Source of the DNA: Cirrosporium novae-zelandiae | Taxonomy: Eukaryota | Reading direction: 5' to 3' | NCBI GenBank assembly: GCA_026023565.1 | Contig: JAPETS010000008.1 | Span: 248,001-312,000, forward strand | DNA length: 64,000 nt | In this document: piece after piece, positions 23,769 to 37,764 of the stretch | Position numbering within the stretch: the first letter of the stretch is position 1 | Layout of the letters: the number at the start of each line of letters is the position of its first letter | The notes under the pieces: generated by a model | Told to the model about the DNA's origin: nothing | Seen by the model: the letters and a program-made list of their open reading frames with translations, nothing else | Databases searched by the model: none | Made by a program: the position numbers and the translations under genes

Positions 23769-24017
23769 TCATCGAAAAGCCATATAACTAGCAGTGGCCT
23801 CCCAATTTCTCTTCTCAGGTTTATCCTCCTTTTTCTTTTCCTTCTCGGGACTCTTTTCCCCGTTGGATGGCAATGATGATGGCGATGAGGGGTTGGGTTG
23901 GGGTTTTCGGAGACCCCTCAATAGGTCTGTCCGGGATGAGGTTGTGGAGGTGCTGGTTATGGAGACGGTGTCGGCCATGTTTTGGTTTGATGGTGAGGTG
24001 GTGGTGGAAGCAGACAT
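23769..24017 (-). CDS. Small (82 aa) S/T-rich fungal hypothetical protein
   Basis: Clean ORF ending EATASYMAFR*, a terminal motif type I recall from small Pezizomycotina proteins. Confidence 0.55.
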   Translation of the reverse strand: MSASTTTSPSNQNMADTVSITSTSTTSSRTDLLRGLRKPQPNPSSPSSLPSNGEKSPEKEKKKEDKPEKRNWEATASYMAFR

Positions 24018-24543
24018 TGTTGAGATTGTTTAGGGGGGTAAATGAGGTCTTTCGGAGTGGGTAGTTGGGATTCCCTGTGATAATTGATACTGGGGAGGTG
24101 GAGACAACGAACAGTTGACTTTTGGGTATAGTACTAGTGATGTTTTTTGAGAAGTAGTTACTTCTGGTAGTAAAACACTGTAATTGTACTTTGTATAGGA
24201 GGTCGGACGATTGAAGAGAGTAGTTTTTTAATGTCTAGAACAGATAGGATGAAAGGAAAAAAAAAGCATTCATCCTCAGGCCAAACACATCCTCTTTATA
24301 CATCGACCAACCCCATCCCATCCTTCCACCAGGCTACCCAGTCGTCATAAAGGGAATACTTGAGTCAGATGTCCCGTCGGCCGCCCATGACACTACCGCA
24401 CCACATATCGGACCTTCCAGTAGAATGATGACCACTCCAAGCGATTCCCATTACAGTTGATTAAAAGAAATCAAACCGCCCCCCCCCCCAAAAAAAGCCA
24501 ACGTCGAGCATCCAAGCGGAGTTCAAACAATACATTGAATTTA

Positions 24544-24594
24544 GTAGATAGGTAGCAATGGTAGATAGGCAGCAATGGTAGATAGGCAGCAATG
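24544..24594. repeat. 17-bp tandem repeat x3 (GTAGATAGG[T/C]AGCAATG)
   Basis: gtagataggtagcaatg gtagataggcagcaatg gtagataggcagcaatg. Confidence 0.9.
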
Positions 24595-25642
24595 GGGATC
24601 TGACATGTTTCTAATTGGTGACTTTAGCCCTACGGATTACCCCAAGGCGGTGGAGGACAAGACTTTACTTCTTCATCTTCTTCCTTCCCGAAAGGTAGTT
24701 AATTTGTTAGGCCAGCCAAGGTAATCAATGACAACCTGTCAGACGTGTGTTCTTGTGTTGTATCTGGTTTAGTTTTGTTGCTATGTAAGAAGAGGTGTTT
24801 TTTGGGAAGCAATGACACAGAGATTGCCAAGCCTATGTCCAACACCCTTGCCCACGCCCTTGCGGCTTTTTTTCTTTGGGATAAACCATCAAACTCCGAG
24901 ATGTTTACAGAGTAAGAGAAAAGCATTACGGATATCGTTTACTGGATTTTTTAAGGGTTGAAGGGCGCGCCCATCTATAGCTCCTATCTTTTTTTTTTAT
25001 CACCTCCTCAAGAATATCTACGCGCTTACTCGAGATGCAACGACCGGGGGGGGGGGTTTCTTCGGTGTTGACCTTCCCAGTTGGTGAATGCTAAGAAAAG
25101 TAATTAACCTTTCAACTCACTCTTAGGGGAGAGATGAGGTGGACTTTTGTCATCCCCGGAATCAAGTTTTATTATAGAAAGGTGAGAAAAAGACCCATTA
25201 TATGCAAGTTATTTTGGCATGTTTGTGATCCCTTTGTACTATAAAGAGCCAACCCTAAATTGAAGGCCTGAGTCATCTACTTCTATCATCATCTTCTTCT
25301 GGATGCTTTGTCACCGTTTACCGCCTCCGAGCATTCTCTTAACCCCTTCTCTGTCCTCTCTGCGCCCTGTGAAAGCTTATGTGTCCTATATCAAATGGGT
25401 GTTATCATAATAAATTGAAATTGTGGACTCGACTCATATACATTTATGGTAATGATGCTATACCCTTTATGGCTATTTGAAGCGAATCGTGAAACCGCAA
25501 GTCCTGAGACTAGAAATCTTTTTGTGTCCAAAGATACGCATTATCAAAGCCCTCGTAAATTCGTTTATTTCAAAAGAACACATTTTGGCATATATATACA
25601 TTGAAACTCGTCTGGCAAAAGGGAATTCTAGAACCGATAGAA

Positions 25643-26797
25643 TCACTGCTTCTTTAGCTTCTCAGTCAATTCCGGAACCTTCTCAAAGAGGTCTCCCACC
25701 AATCCAACATCAGCAACTTGGAAAATGGGTGCATCTGGGTCCTTGTTGATGGCAGCAATGACCTTACTGTCCTTCATTCCCGCAAGATGCTGGATCGCAC
25801 CAGAGATGCCTACACTGAGATATAGCTGTGGTGCCACATTCTTCCCTGTCTGACCCACCTGCAAGCTGTTGTCAGCAAACCCGGCATCTACAGCCGCCCG
25901 GGACGCTCCAATGGCAGCACCAAGCGTATCCGCGAGAGGAGTCATAATCCTATCAAACTCTTCTTTCGATTTCAAGCCTCGACCTCCAGAGACGACCTTG
26001 TCGGCTGTTCCGAGGTCCGGTCGGTCGGACTTAGCAAGATCCTCGGATACCCACTCGGTCGGACATGGCGCCTTCGGATCCTCACCGGCGATAATTTCAG
26101 CGGAGCCATCGGAGGGAATTGCGGCAGCAAAGGCAGTGCCCCTAACGGTGATAACTTTGATGGGGTCGGAGGATTGGACTGTCAGTATGGCATTTCCGGC
26201 GTAAATCGGACGAACAAAAGCTGAGCGCAAAATACAATTAGTCAAAGGTGACAGAAGGGGGATAAATAAATCTATACTGTCTTCGCTCTCGATATTCGTA
26301 ACATCTGATATCTGCTGTGAATCCAGCAGCGCAGCAACCCGTGGCATAAGATTCTTCCCAAATGCAGAATGCCCAGCAATCACATGCGTATAGCCACCTT
26401 TCTTGATGTTTTCAATCAAAAGAGGTGCAAAATTTTCTGGAAGACCCTGAGTATACTTGGATCAGTGGAGCCCATATATTTCAATATTCCAAGTGTTTAG
26501 ATGCACCTTGTCATATGCTGCATTATCGACTGTAATGATCTTGTCCACTCCCTTGACCTTTGCTACTTCTTCTGCTACAGGCTCGATCCCACTCCCGGCT
26601 ACAAAGCCTGATATGGATCCCCCAAGCTTTTGGGCAGCTGTGATAGCACTGAGGGAGGCATGGTTAAGCTTTCCCTCTCTTTGTTCGAGGACGGCAAGGG
26701 TAGAGAGTAATCGGGAGAATGCAGACGATTGGATAGAGGAGAGAGGTCGCAAAGGTCGCAAAGACCGTAGAGTGGAGTGCCGCGCCGCTGAAAACAT
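25643..26797 (-). CDS. ETFA: Electron transfer flavoprotein alpha subunit, mitochondrial
   Basis: Arg/Ser-rich presequence, [61 protein letters not shown]; two introns. Confidence 0.96.
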
Positions 26798-27522
26798 TGC
26801 TTCTACAAGTCAATGATTTAGGCCCAGTTTTGAAAATGACTCTACTTTTTTATGGGCTTCAAGCGGGGGGATCAGAGACCAAAGATTCGAACCTCGGGAT
26901 CACCATCTTAGTCAGCCGCGATTAAATTGACCGAGTTAATCGATATATTGACACCCCCCCCCCCATGCCTACATGGAAGATGAAGTTTAACATTTTACCA
27001 TCTACTAAACTTTTCTGCACGCTCTTAACCGACGGACAGCTGCTTCATACAAGGTGACAATGCTTGCTATCTCATCAGTGCTTTTTTATTGAAGTATATC
27101 ATTGAGTTGAAGATTTGTGTCTTGATAGACCACGACTCCCGCTGACGGAGGGTTTCTTGGCTTAAAAATGTCTCCACTGACACGACACAATGGTGTAAAA
27201 AAATCGCGAAGGGGTTGGGCTGAACACTGGCGTGTCTTTATCAACGCGCGTGGTGTGAATTACCCGAAGCCACGCAGGGACCACTGTCTAGTCGGTGAAG
27301 ATGACTTGAATAAGGATAGAAAAGAATATAGTTAAGACCATAATATATATGAAAGATTAATATATAAAAGGCTACATGTTTAAAATCAAAAGAGATCGAG
27401 GAATGTCAGAGTAATAATGAGGTGTTGGAAAAAGTAAAAGCTGCTTCAAGTGAATTCACCTTGGAACCTACAACCTGAAGGTTCATCGGTCGGTCTCAAG
27501 TCCGGTCCAATCAAGAAACCCT

Positions 27523-27528
27523 ACGCGT
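27523..27528. promoter_or_regulatory. MCB element upstream of the TOS4-like gene
   Basis: ACGCGT about 280 bp upstream of ATG 27805; further CGCG-core sites near 27205 and 27245. Confidence 0.5.
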
Positions 27529-27804
27529 GCTACGAGAGCACCACGCTCGTAGCTCACAATCTTCTTTTGCACGGTCACGACCTCCTCTTCCTCTTTTCTT
27601 AAAATCAGGTTGACCGCAGATGGCCTTGTTTTCTATCCCTAGCGATTGATCCCTTTAGTTTTATCTTCATTATACCTTTCCTTCCTTCTAGTATGTGCTT
27701 TACAATCTTCATTCCTCTATCACCTCCTCAACGCCATATATCCGCGTCTGAAAGACTGTTGCTGACCGTGTCAAAGTCCCAGAAAATCTCCTTGTGAACC
27801 GTCG

Positions 27805-29478
27805 ATGGATTCACCACAAAGGACTCGAGACTGTCATGTCTTTCCTGTAGCAGGGGTAAAGCGTTCAGCTCCAACACCTTCATTGCTTCCTGCTTTCGAA
27901 CCAACTTATTCATCTCCAACCCTTCCTCGACCTACAAAACGCTTGGCACGATCCCCTTCGGTACGGGGTACCGAAACTCACAAATATCCTACCCCTATAC
28001 CAACTTCGTCTACTGATATAATATCCTCGCCTCCTTCAGCCTTGCAAGGATCTCGGCGTTATACGGGACTTCAAAGGCCTCAATCATCGGTGTCTGAACG
28101 CGCTCCACTCGCAGATGTACCCTCAGTTACCCTAGAAGATAATGGGGAATGGTTGCTATTCGGTAGATCCAGTGGCTCCAGTCATTATCAATTGTCCGCC
28201 AATAGGTTAATCTCGAGAGTTCACGTTAGAGCCAAGTTCCAGCCTGCTACGTCTTCATTGGATGTAAACCGTATCCTGATCGAATGCTTGGGGTGGAACG
28301 GGGTAAGGATCCATTGTCGTGGCCAAGCTTGGGAGCTGGGAAAAGGTGATAGCTTCTCATCAGACAAAGAGGATCAAGATATTATGCTTGATGTTCAAGA
28401 TGCTCGGGTGGTGTTGCAATGGCCAACAAAACGTAGTGTGGAATCGCCCTCGAGACGTTCTGATTCAACATGGGATGACGAAAACGAAAGTTCTCCTAGG
28501 CGTGGTGTGGGAATCCTTCAACGAAGATCTTCTTTGGGAAGCCCCTTGAGTCGCAGGCATCGCCTCCAGTCACCAATATCTCCATCCCCTGCTGTCCAAT
28601 CAATGGTTCTACCATCATCACCCCCAATGCAAAATACAGTACAGGTATATGAAGATGAACACTCGTCAGAGGAGCCTGTAGATGACTACATCGACCCAAC
28701 AGCAACTATGTCCACGGAAATTGTCTCTCAACCACTTGGGTGGAACAGAGAGCCAAGTCCCTTGGGCGAAGAATTTGATGATCAAGATGAGGAAAACGAC
28801 CCTATCATACATTCTTTTGGACCGTTTGGGGGTAATGTACTTCCACGTATGGCCCCGTTCACTACTAGATCACCTTTTCAACGCACATACAAAGGCATTA
28901 AAAAGGAGGATACACCATCCCCTCAACCCCGGATCCTGGCTAGGCCAAAGGAGGAGCCTTCAGTATCTCGTTCACGTTCACTCATTCGCCCTAAAGAGGA
29001 ATCACCTTCACGGCAACGATCTTCCAGCTCGGAATCTATTCGCGACGTAGATAGCCATCCTATAATTCACCATGCTGTTAATCAGCTCGCATTCTCACGT
29101 CTAAATTCGACCCCCCTTTCGATAATCATGGATCACCTACCTAAAGATCTCAAGGGGCGTAGTCCATCAGTCAAAGGAAATCAAAATCTCACTCTTTCTG
29201 GACTACAACGATTGCTTCGTGCAGCAGCGTGCCTTGGAGAGGTCACACGCCAAGGAAAAGATGCCGCTGGAAAGCCATTGGAAAGCGAGTTTTATTATAT
29301 TCCAGAGAATGATCCAGATGAGCAACGTCGCCAAACAGTTGTCGGTGGGCTGGGAAAAACTGGATTGCGTTCCTGTCGTAAGCAACATAAGGTACTTTAA
29401 CACCCCTCCTATCATCTCGGTTAGGCCATAGTCTAACTATCATAGCAATACTTTTGGAGAAAACCGAAGATGCCCTGA
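27805..29478 (+). CDS. TOS4: FHA-domain protein of the Tos4/Plm2 family
   Basis: FGRSSGSSHYQLSANRLISRVHV and CLGWNG (FHA), DEENDPII, and C-terminal GKDAAGKPLESEFYY...GLRSCRKQHK, intron, QYFWRKPKMP*. Confidence 0.85.
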
Positions 29479-30847
29479 AACAGGGGCGGGTTCTCAAGAA
29501 TTTTTTGACAACCACTATACCTGATTGCCATTGTCTGTTTAATTGTTTTCGCATAGCGTAGCGTTGTTTTTGATTTGTCGTTACATATTCCCCAGGCGGT
29601 TTCCCTCAGGTATTGACGATGTTAAGGCGAAGAAAATGGAGTTTGGTTTTAAGGTTGCCATGCCACAGTTTGACTAAGTCAAGAAGGAAAACGAAGGACA
29701 TGGATACCGTTTAAATAAGGCGTTCATAATGATGAATTCTGTGTCCTATATTTTCACAAGGCCCTTAATTCCGAATGGTGCGATGAAAACGTGGTAAATA
29801 ATGAAAATGTGGTAAACAACGAAATTGCGGGGTTGATGCGGATTGATCGCGGTGTCAGGTGACCCCATCATATCTTATCAAAGCGGGGTAACTAGGGTAG
29901 CACAGACGAAAGGTTATGGGACCGTGAGACCGAGAGATGACCTTGAAGATGCTTCATGCTAGTTCTTCTGGAACGTTGGGTCAAACAGATGACGGTGGAG
30001 TCCGACAAATATATCCGGTCATATTTTCATTTCTAAATATTATTTTCCTTGGATGGCAAAACTATTATTTGTATTTATGATGAGCCGATAACTACTCTCT
30101 TCACACGCCGACCTATCGTATAACTACTCGAGTAGTAACTATTGTTTGCAACTGGCAGATCGACAAAGTATGATCTGGGATCAATTATGAGCTAGTGGAG
30201 GCCAATAATATAACCTGTTGATGAAATAATTGGAAAGAAACCAGTGTAGAATAATCTAGGTTTAGCCATGGTATGTTTACTCAGGAAGTTTTGGAGTCAG
30301 CCACCGATTTCGTCATAACTTTATATCATGTAAAGAAGGGTCTGAACCGTTCGGATCGACCTGGATGTTTTAAATCTCCATCATAGAGAATGGTTCCTTC
30401 TTAAAAAGGCATCGCGTATAGACTATTGGCAAATCATGTAAGTATTTGCCTACTAAGTTGAGTATTGTCAGGAGATTGTTCCTTCGATCGAGACACCTAA
30501 ACTCCTGCGGCAAAGGTAGGTGCATCCCCGCTATCAATCCCAATAAGTAGACCCTTCTTCCCATCTCTTCCTTTTATATCGCCAATCCTAATCTAAATCA
30601 TCCTATTAGCACTCCAAAAAAATCCTTTGATACCAAACTATCCCCAAATTGTTTCCAATCATCCAACCAACCAACATACTTATCCATCATAACTCCTAAA
30701 CAAGCAAGGCTATTCGGTGAGTCTCTTTCATTACCTTGTCCTCATGCAAGTGACTAGCTAACATGCTATGTAATGTTTGAATTTAGCAATTAAACATTTC
30801 AAATTGATATTGATCTAAAAACCTCAGATATCTCGGCGTCGCTCAGA

Positions 30848-31117
30848 ATGGCATCCTCCAATCAAGTTGGCAAAGACTTCAAGACCCCAGCCAGAAGTAG
30901 CACCGAAGCTGCGGCGAATGCCGCGAGTACATCTACAGAGATGGGCTCTAATACCACCGACTCGGAACCCAAGTTTCGCGAAAGAGCGGAGAGTTTGACT
31001 TGGACGCCTTCTGTTGCTAGATCTCAGAGTTGGAGCCAACAAGATTTGAAGCATGACATCCAGCAGAAGGAGATGGGAAGTGGGAAAGGCCAAACAACGG
31101 GTTATACAGAGTCGTAA
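30848..31117 (+). CDS. Small conserved-looking fungal hypothetical protein (89 aa)
   Basis: ORF contains RSQSWSQQDLKH...GYTES; preceded by a probable 5'UTR intron (GTGAGT at 30717...CTAAC...TAG at about 30787). Confidence 0.6.
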   Translation: MASSNQVGKDFKTPARSSTEAAANAASTSTEMGSNTTDSEPKFRERAESLTWTPSVARSQSWSQQDLKHDIQQKEMGSGKGQTTGYTES

Positions 31118-31797
31118 TGTTCGACTATGGGTTGTGTCTCGGACCTGCTATTGAAGTGATTGAGATGGACCAGGGGTTAAAATTACTTTTCCAAGGATAA
31201 CTACTGGCGACAAATCATCATGGAAGAGTGCATATGGTATTGCATGACCTTGTTGAAAAGTGACTTCATTTGTTATGTTCGGATTGAGCGGGGAGGGAAT
31301 TGGATAATTTCTTGATTCTCAAAATTGTGGAGCACCCGAAAGTACCATAGCGAACTGATACACCTGCTATGTCTACACAGCACTGTATAAAAAGATTATA
31401 ATTGAATGAGAAAGCTAGTTTTTGTAAATAATTCTACAATCCACTGTGCAGTGAAAAGCTGGTTCCCTTGTGCTCGGACCAATAGTTTCATTATCCCGGT
31501 CGGACAGCCCTATGGATAGTGTAAAGTGCCTGTTCGGTACATATCGATAGTAGCATCACTCTTTATGCTTTTTGGAACCTGTCTCCAACACTAGCAATCT
31601 TACATTCGACACTGTTCCATTGAAAACGTCTGTGTAATAACTCAGAAGGTTTACTACTTAACTCTTTCGTCTTCACAAATGCAACGCTCGAGTTATCTGC
31701 AAGCTCTTGTTTCGCTTCCTCAGATGCGAGGTCCTTAATATTATCTTGCGCAATTTAGAACCGTAACAACTGTTGGAGTTTTAAGCTTACTTCACAC

Positions 31798-34700
31798 ATG
31801 GATCGCAAGAGAAAGCGTATTTATCTACATTCTACCTTCTAGCTGTCCTCTACTGACAATCTATTCTTGAAGGTGAACTGCGCGACCTGAACGCTGGAGC
31901 ATGGGCTGGAGAGACGGGTATGTGGCGAGCAGCTTGGATTCACGACACTTAATAACAGAAAACAGATATTTTCCCTGCCAACGGCTCATTAGATTCTTCT
32001 TTAAAAAAAAATACTGCCTTCATCAAACGGCTTCGTACTGCTGTCACCTCCGCGAGCTTGAATACCTTCCTATCTGACATCCGAACTCTGTCACTCCACA
32101 AATACCTTTCGGAAATAATATCTGCCTGTTATGAGGGTCTCACAAAGCTAAAGTCACCAGGCGAAATCTCGGCTGGTGTAGAAATTGTCAGCGCTTTGCA
32201 CCAAAGGTTCGGGCCTTCCGAGTTTACAAAGTATTTGGGATGGCTGCTAGGCCGAGGGCTGACACCCCCGGACAAATTTCAATTAAAGACGTTATCCCCC
32301 GATGCCAGAGAAAAGGAGGAGAAGGAGCGTCTAGCGAGACATAGAGTTCTTTTAAAGGTGGTGACAGAATTCTGGCTTGTCGGTATACTAAGAAGCTTGG
32401 ATGATGTGGAAAGACCTGATGATGCATCTACTAAAGTCAAGGACCCTATCAGTATAGCTTCTATCAAAGCAAAATCCGCTTCGGCTACAGCGAAAGCGCC
32501 AACTGATACAGAATCTGAGCCTTATCCATTGGAGGTCTTGAAGGAGCTCCTCGGGCATGATAGGGATCATGCAAATCTGCCGCTTGCTGTCCTGTTTGTC
32601 AAGAACTATACTTGGGATATACTAGGTGTAAAGTCTACTGCTGATGAAGGTCGGAAATCTGTTGAAGAAGATGGAATAACGACGACTGCTGAACAGGCTA
32701 CGAAAGGTGATAATGTCAGTTCTGGGGATGAAGATAACATTAGTTCAAGCGATAAAGACTCTCCGCTAGTCTCCTCAGAATTACGTCAAAGGTTTAAGAA
32801 TATTCTTGGCCGTTATCTTGATGATGTGAAGAAACATGTTATCAAAGATCAAAAATCGCTTGCTGCCCAGGGACGTCGTAATGCAGAAGCTTATGTTAAG
32901 TCTGGTGAAATTTTCGAGGATCGGCAAGCAAATTATGATAAGCAAATCAAGGCTCAAGAAAAGCTTGTTGCAAACACCCAGGTCCTGTGCGAGGCTCTGG
33001 GTTCAGAGATGCCGGACCTGACTGAAAAGGAGGCAGCAGATGCCACCACTGCTGGAAGCATCGGCCTTGTCAAGGCTGGAGAATATTTGCGTGGACAGGG
33101 CGAAGGAGCTGGTATTTGGGAAGATGAAGAAGAACGGCGGTTCTATGAAAACCTAGTCGATCTTAAAGGGAAAGTCCCGGGAATTCTCCTCGAAGATGGG
33201 AAGAAGAAAAAGGCCGACAATGAGGACCAGGCCACGAAGAAAATCGAAGAAAACTCCAATGGAGAAGTCAAGGAAGGATTGGAAGCCGCTGCAACTGCAG
33301 CCAAGCCCGCTGAACCAGATGATCAGTCTATCGTTATTGCTAACAAGAGCGTTGGGGCCCAGGTTGACATCCTCTTAACCCGTCTCACTGAGATGCAGAC
33401 TAAAGACCAAGTGGATCAAGCAGCCATAGATTTCTGTTTCCTCAATTCAAAGGCATCCCGAAACCGGCTACTAAAAGGATTACAAGAAGTCCCCAAAGGC
33501 CGTTCAGATTTGCTTCCTCTCTATGCTCGCCTAATTGCGACTCTTGGACGGCATCTTCCGGATATTAGCCAAACAATGGTAACTGCCTTGGACGATGAGT
33601 TTAGAAGTCTTCAACGCCGAAAACAGAAAGACTTTCTAGGTCAAGTTCGTATGAGCAACATCCGTTACCTCGCAGAATTGACCAAATTTGGCATCGTTCC
33701 AGAGCATATCATCTTTCATTGCTTGAAAGTTAGTTTGGACGATTTTTCCAAGATGAATATTGAGATAATCAGCAGCCTACTTGAGAACTGTGGTCGTTAC
33801 CTCCTCCGAAACCCCGAGACAACCCCTAGAATGTCATCCTTTCTTGAGACCCTTCAGCGGAAGAAGAGTGCGCAACATCTTGGCCAACAAGAACGTATGC
33901 TGCTGGAGAATGCTATGTACTATGTGGATCCTCCAGAGCGTGCCGCTATTCAGCAAAAAGAACGGACTCCTGTCGAACTCTTTATCCGGAAGCTCGTGTA
34001 CCTTGATATGAACAAGCGCAATTATACAAAGGTTTTGAAGTCTATCCGCAAATTGCATTGGGAAGAACAGGAAGTACGTCAGCTTTCTCTGTCTTTTAGG
34101 ACTATGTTGGCTAACCCGTTCAGGTTGTCGACATCCTAGAGAAAATATTTAGCAAGCCTGGTAAGGTCAAATACAGCAATATTCATCTTCTCGCAATTCT
34201 TGTCGGTGCCCTGTATCGATATCACCAGGACTTTGTTATCATGGTTGTCGATAACCTCTTGGAACATATTACGGTTGGGCTTGAGCAGAACGATTTCAAG
34301 TTCAATCAACGGCGGCTAGCAGAAGTCAAGTATCTCGGTGAACTGTACAACTATAAGATGGTTGATTCACCCGTTATATTTGATACCCTCTACAGAATTG
34401 TAACATTCGGCCATGGTGAGCTAGTTAATTCTTCATTGTCTTTTCGTCAAATTACTAACCGTGTTTCAGAGGGAGGCACCCCAAGGCCCGGTCGTCTTAA
34501 TCTTCTTGACTTGCCTGATGACTTTTTCCGGGTGCGGCTTGTTTGCACTTTGATTGAAACCTGTGGCCTCTGCTTCGATCGCGGTTCTGCAAAGAAGAAG
34601 TTCGACTTCTTCCTAACATTTTTTCAGGTTTGAAAAAAAATTATTGTAACTTTTCTACCAGACTAATCCATGGCAGTACTATCTCTTCACGAAAGACACC

Positions 34701-35781
34701 CTTCCGATGGATATTGAGTTTATCATCCAAGACACTTTTGCACTTACAAGACCGGACTGGAAGCTTGCTACGAATCTAGAGGATGCCGCTCGAGCATTTT
34801 CAGAGGCTGTAGCTCAGAATTACAAGACCCAGGGACCGGATAAAGCCGCGGAGCCCGAGGAAGCTGAAGATGAAATTTCGTCCAACGACGGTGCCGACGA
34901 CGATGATATTAAAGTCCCAGACATGGAAGAAGGACAGTCATCTAATGAAGACGCAGAAGTATATTTATTAGTATCCTTTTACATCCACATAACTAACAGA
35001 CTTAGGTTCCTGACAACGATGTTGCAGAGCATTCTGAGTCCAGCTCAGAGGAAGAACAGATAATTGTCACACGTCCCGAGGAAGAACATGACCCCGAAGC
35101 TGATGCTGAATTCGAACGTGAGTACGAAAAAATGATGGCTGAGAGTCTAGAATCTCGAAAATTCGAACGAAAGCCTATTTTCGATGTCCCACTCCCCATG
35201 CGACGAGCAACTAGAGAGCCATCAATCACCGGAGAAGATGTACCTAGCAATGGCACAAATTCAACCAACACCATGGCTTTCTCTCTTATGACAAAACGTG
35301 GGAATAAGCAGCAGGTATGCGCTACAGCTCCCATATGAAATAAACCACTAAAATAATATATATAGACTCGCACTATTGAGTTGCCGTCAAATTCTCAATT
35401 TGCAGTTGCGATGAGAACCCAACAGCAAGCAGAGCGCGAGGAGCAACAGCGGATCAAGAACCTAGTTTTAAACTATGATCTTCGCGATGACAATGATCAG
35501 GATGATGGTGATTCTAACAACTTCCATTATTTTATCAACCCGAACCCAAATACTAAAGGATCAAAAGGCCTGGAGAGGCACAATGCTTCCCAACCAATTT
35601 ACCCTCACGCGCACCCGAAAGCCGAGAAAACTGGCCCCAATCGTGGAGGCTATCGTGCCAGGAAATTGCAGCTTAGTGATGTCGACTGGTATGACCAAAA
35701 ACGCTCTAAACCGAATGCTAGAGGAAATCGCAAAGTTCCGATTGCTAATAATGAGGCCTAACTGATAAAATCAGGACTTGA
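31798..35781 (+). CDS. UPF2: Nonsense-mediated decay factor Upf2/Nmd2 (MIF4G domains)
   Basis: MDRKRK first exon, LDSSLKKNTAFIKRLRT, GIWEDEEERRFYENL, RYLAELTKF, FFRVRLVCTLIETCG, EQQRIKNLVLNY; multiple introns. The end is 35781 if the terminal intron is spliced and 35761 if it is retained. Confidence 0.93.
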
Positions 35782-36333
35782 TATGATTGAACGGCATACT
35801 ATCTTATTAGAGCTATTTCCCGCTGGATGCATTTGAACGCTTCCTCGTGTCCTATCCTTTCGAGCGCTTGATCGCCGAATACGAACCCATCAGCCCGAGG
35901 TATTCAGGCCACCGAGCCTCCATACCAACGGGTTGCCCTAGGGCTTCGAGTACAGCACCCGAATTCGAACATCGCCCTGCCAGTCCGCTAAAACGATTGC
36001 CAACGTCAGATGCAGTGTCAACGAGTCCTGCTGGTGGGCCTGTAGGGAGGTGGATGATGGCCGTGCCGTTGCTTTGGGGAGCTTTGAATTTGGAGGAATT
36101 AGGCGAGTTCAAGATGTTGTTACCAATGATATGAAATTGCTTGTCTCTTATTCATGAACTAGTCCTTCCTTTCAGCCTCTATATAGGGGTATACTAGCTA
36201 AGAGGTTGTTTCTTTCTAAATAAATTTCAAATAGGAGGCATTCACCATCAGTTTTGCGCCATTCGTATCGTATTTATCTAACCCAAACTCCTCTATATCG
36301 CTCCACAATAGCAGCCATCAATGCTTAAGAGAT

Positions 36334-37197
36334 TCATAGCTTAGCTTCGCCAGAAACAGAGGGCGCAAATTCTACCGTGAACAACACGGGTTCATTTGTT
36401 TCAATTTCGATCACATCACTCTTTATATGATTACTCGTACTAATAACCCCTCCTAATTCTGTTTTCCAGTCCTTGACATCCCACTCCAAGCCCTTTGTCG
36501 TGATTATAGCAGGCACCCCCACTGGAAGGACTCCAACGTCTCGTAGTAGGATCCCTTCTTTCAGTGGAGTAGATATAGCATTTTTCCCTTTTTTCAGGAC
36601 AAAAGAGATATTTTGTGCAGTTACAAGAAACAAGTTTCCTGGAATAAGAGTAGGGTCCCTTGCGGCGAAGTAGAGATGGTGGATGGTGGAGATGGCTTGA
36701 TCGAGGCGGCCACCCATGCCTCCCAAAACCACAACATCTAACCGGTCAGATACTGTATCAGCTGGGGCGTGCTTGCGATTAGATGTGCGCAAGATGGCAT
36801 CCTTGTGGTCTCGAATATACCAGAGACATTTTGTAAAATCTGTAGAATCTTGGTCGTGGTCCTGAATAACTTGGACCCCAAAATTCTGAAAGTAGGTCCG
36901 TACGCTGGATTTCAGAGAATCCAAGTCGCCCAGGATTAGATCACAGGCTTTTGCGTGGTCTAGATCCTTCATATCGGTCATTAACATGTCATGTAAGCAA
37001 TTGGCAGCGCCGTCGGCGCAAATGGTGAATAGCGCATTGGTATGAAGAGTATGGAAGAGTTTGGGGTGGAATTTCTGATTGAGGATGAGAAGTACAAAGG
37101 GCGACCGTTCCTTCACATGGGAGGAAGGCGGGTAGAGATACAAGCTTGGATCCCAGTCCATCGAGTTAATATTGCTATTGTGTGGTGGTGAGTACAT
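36334..37197 (-). CDS. THI80: Thiamine pyrophosphokinase
   Basis: ICADGAAN, LILGDLDSL, DQDSTDFTKC, LGGMGGRLDQ, ITTKGLEWDV, ISTSNH. The start is either 37197 or the downstream MDWDP. Confidence 0.92.
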   Translation of the reverse strand: MYSPPHNSNINSMDWDPSLYLYPPSSHVKERSPFVLLILNQKFHPKLFHTLHTNALFTICADGAANCLHDMLMTDMKDLDHAKACDLILGDLDSLKSSVRTYFQNFGVQVIQDHDQDSTDFTKCLWYIRDHKDAILRTSNRKHAPADTVSDRLDVVVLGGMGGRLDQAISTIHHLYFAARDPTLIPGNLFLVTAQNISFVLKKGKNAISTPLKEGILLRDVGVLPVGVPAIITTKGLEWDVKDWKTELGGVISTSNHIKSDVIEIETNEPVLFTVEFAPSVSGEAKL

Positions 37198-37764
37198 AGA
37201 GAGGTCGGACGGGTCTATGGACAGCCCTAGCTTTTAGCCGAAAACACCACAACTTCTCAATTCATCCCCAACTCACCCCTCAATCAATTTATTTAATTCA
37301 ACACCACCACCATGCCTTATAATTCATCTGTCAATGAATCAGCTCTTCAAGCTGCAATTGCCGATTATAAAAAAAGGCATTTTTTCAAGTTTTCGAGCTT
37401 GTGCGGTAGCTCATGGAGTCACCCGATCTACCCTATCTAATCGATTAACCGGGAAAGCTAAAGCAATACGCAATTCGTATACAAATCAGTAAATTTTGTC
37501 TGAAGATCAGGAAAACGCTATAATTGATTGGATAAAAATCTTAAATGATCGAGGTCAAGTTCCAACATTCAAAATTATACGTCGTTTTATCCTCGATGTC
37601 GCGAAATATATCGCCGGTCCAAGCAAGCTTAGTCAGAAATGGGTGACTCGATTTGTGAATCGATACCCAGATATCAAAATTCTTCCGAGTCGTCCTATTT
37701 CGACCGACCGAACCTTTATTACGGCTCAAGACTTTATTGCTTTTTTTACTCTATTCGATCGTAC

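Noticed and set aside
24544..24594. CRISPR-like or regulatory array
   Set aside because: Plain head-to-tail 17-bp minisatellite with no spacers, in a eukaryote
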